Assembly: GCA_964187785.1 (NCBI GenBank)
Contig: OZ076409.1
Span: 65,970,001-66,034,000, forward strand
Source: Amphiscolops sp. MND2022
Lineage: Eukaryota
Reading direction: 5' to 3'
Length of the DNA stretch: 64,000 bases
Part shown: positions 62,601-64,000 of the stretch, one piece after another
Layout of the letters: every line of letters starts with the position of its first letter
Numbering within the stretch: the first letter of the stretch is position 1
Notes under the pieces: generated by a model
What the model was told of the DNA's origin: nothing
Seen by the model: the letters and a program-made list of their open reading frames with translations, nothing else
Database searches by the model: none
Translations under genes and position numbers: made by a program

Positions 62601-63840
62601 GGACCGAAGAGTTTGCATGTCACCTCGATCATGTCTCCTATCGGCTTTCCTCCTATCGGCAAGCTCGCTTTGTGCTCATTTTGATGTTCGAGGGTAGTGG
62701 TCTGACGTAAGGGGGATCATATTTTTGCAAATCATTGCGCAAACCATGGAAGGTAACGGCCTGGGAAAAATACTAGCTTCTGGCGGAGATCGTGAGCGCC
62801 AATTGTTGATCTCTCTAGGGTTCTCACAGTTTCTGGATCCCCTTTGCTCGTAGCTATATCGAACACCTGCGAACGCCGGATCGAACATCTGCGAACACCG
62901 GTCGGACCGTTCGATGGTGGCGTGAATTTCTCGCTGTAGACGCACTGCATCCCTAGATGCCATATCTAGCTGCTGCCAATCATATGGCAAAAGCAATTCA
63001 CTTGTCAACCAAACCCTTCTAGCCGTCAGCTGTTGTGTGATCGAGTTGTTCGGAGTTCGATTTCTGTCGACCTGCTCCTTTGCTCTCTTGCTCTTGTTGG
63101 CATTTATTTTAGTTCTCAGGTCTGTAGGAGCCTTAGCTGCTTGGTTTTCAGCACGTTGGTGTTGCCGTCGCGCTCCTTCAGTTGTGGATCCTTTTGGTAA
63201 CTTATCAGGTGTTCTGGATAATCTCTAAGAGCATCGCCTCTCGATGTGGAGGGTGTCACCACATTATACGAGTATCGAATTGTTACTGTCATAGAATATC
63301 GATCATGCACTGCAAGTTGCAGAGGATGATTGGTATCCTGTGGAAGTTCGATGGTTTGTCTGTTTGGTTTGTCTGTACCATGTCTACTTGCACCCCTTCT
63401 TCTACTTCCCCCTGAAAAGCGGAAGGCAGCATGATGTTGGAGCTTGGCTGCTCCAATAGGCGGACGCCTGTGGATGCCTGAGGCACATGTGGGGTGAGTA
63501 TCGGTTGTGATACCACGTGCAGAATACAGTGAAATTGTGGCATGGCTTGAGGTGGGGTTGTGGGTAAAATGCCTTGAGTGGCGGATGCAGGTTGTGAAGC
63601 TAGGCGCGGTTGAATGGTTGCATCCTCAGAGAGCGTTCTTGATCCATCGAAGGCCTAATAGGCTCTCCATATGTTGAATGAGATATGGGATCACCAACGC
63701 CATGGGTCAGGTCGTACCCATGCCAGATCTTGAAACCGCGCGGAGCGCACGAGCGACGCGATACCATGGATACCGCATGGACCAAGTCCGGATAGTCTAC
63801 CTCAGGTTAGGGAAAGAGGACAAAAGTGAAAAACAGGCAT
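59640..63840 (-). pseudogene. Long decayed reading frame of unknown function in element D
   Basis: GC-richer tract with a chain of minus-strand ORF pieces (63543, 63008, 62371, 61505, 61189, 60940, 60354, 60072); no PR/RT/RH/IN motifs recognised. Confidence 0.55.
60368..60729 (-). mobile_element. Helentron-like element family 2 inserted in element D
   Basis: Hairpin TTTTCCGACCCC...GGGGAGGAAAA at left; GGGAGGAAAATATCCCGGTGCTTAGCGGGCGTCTTGT at right; internal GGAATAAGATCTAAA repeats. Confidence 0.72.
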
Positions 63841-64000
63841 AAGAGAGAGATAAAAAGATTTTTCGTACACATACTCAAACAAAATTTAATTTAAGCCAAG
63901 GTCATTAAACTCTAACCTCTAGCGGACGAAGACAAAGACGGCGAAGATCAAAAGCAATGAACTTCATTCTAGTTAAAATAGGATTAAAACAAGGCCACAG

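Larger units (their letters stand above)
58503..64000 (-). mobile_element. LTR element D (relative of C): 3' LTR 58503-59227 plus interior running off the window
   Basis: The LTR is a diverged reverse complement of the C LTR (shared AGATACGTTTTTACAGGCTTGT...TCCGGACTTTGAGTG). The PPT-proximal sequence AAACTACGGCC...GGAGGA is also shared. Confidence 0.82.

Overview
AT-rich eukaryotic (animal-like) DNA made almost entirely of transposable elements and decayed coding relics. I recognise no intact cellular gene, rRNA, tRNA gene or CRISPR array, and there is a 200-N gap at 47034-47233. Main content: three decayed Ty3/Gypsy (Mag-like) LTR retrotransposons (A 13055-20599 minus; B 22600-29207 plus; E 38797-45755 minus). 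A second LTR family has ~730-bp TGTAACG...CGTTACA LTRs: non-autonomous element C (49183-54195), element D (58503 to window end, minus), a solo LTR (33518-34247) and a partial LTR at 31460. Also present: a MULE with a 9-bp TSD (2789-4863), two copies of a tRNA-derived SINE, two families of Helentron/DINE-1-like non-autonomous elements, and MITEs with 2-bp TSDs. The most interesting signals are (1) a peptide conserved at codon level inside the ~730-bp LTRs, (2) a ~4-kb non-gag/pol reading-frame relic next to the 3' LTR of D, (3) a conserved Met-initiated module between RNase H and integrase in A, B and E, and (4) a WLDD rather than YxDD RT motif. All alignments and translations were done by eye; no database search was run.
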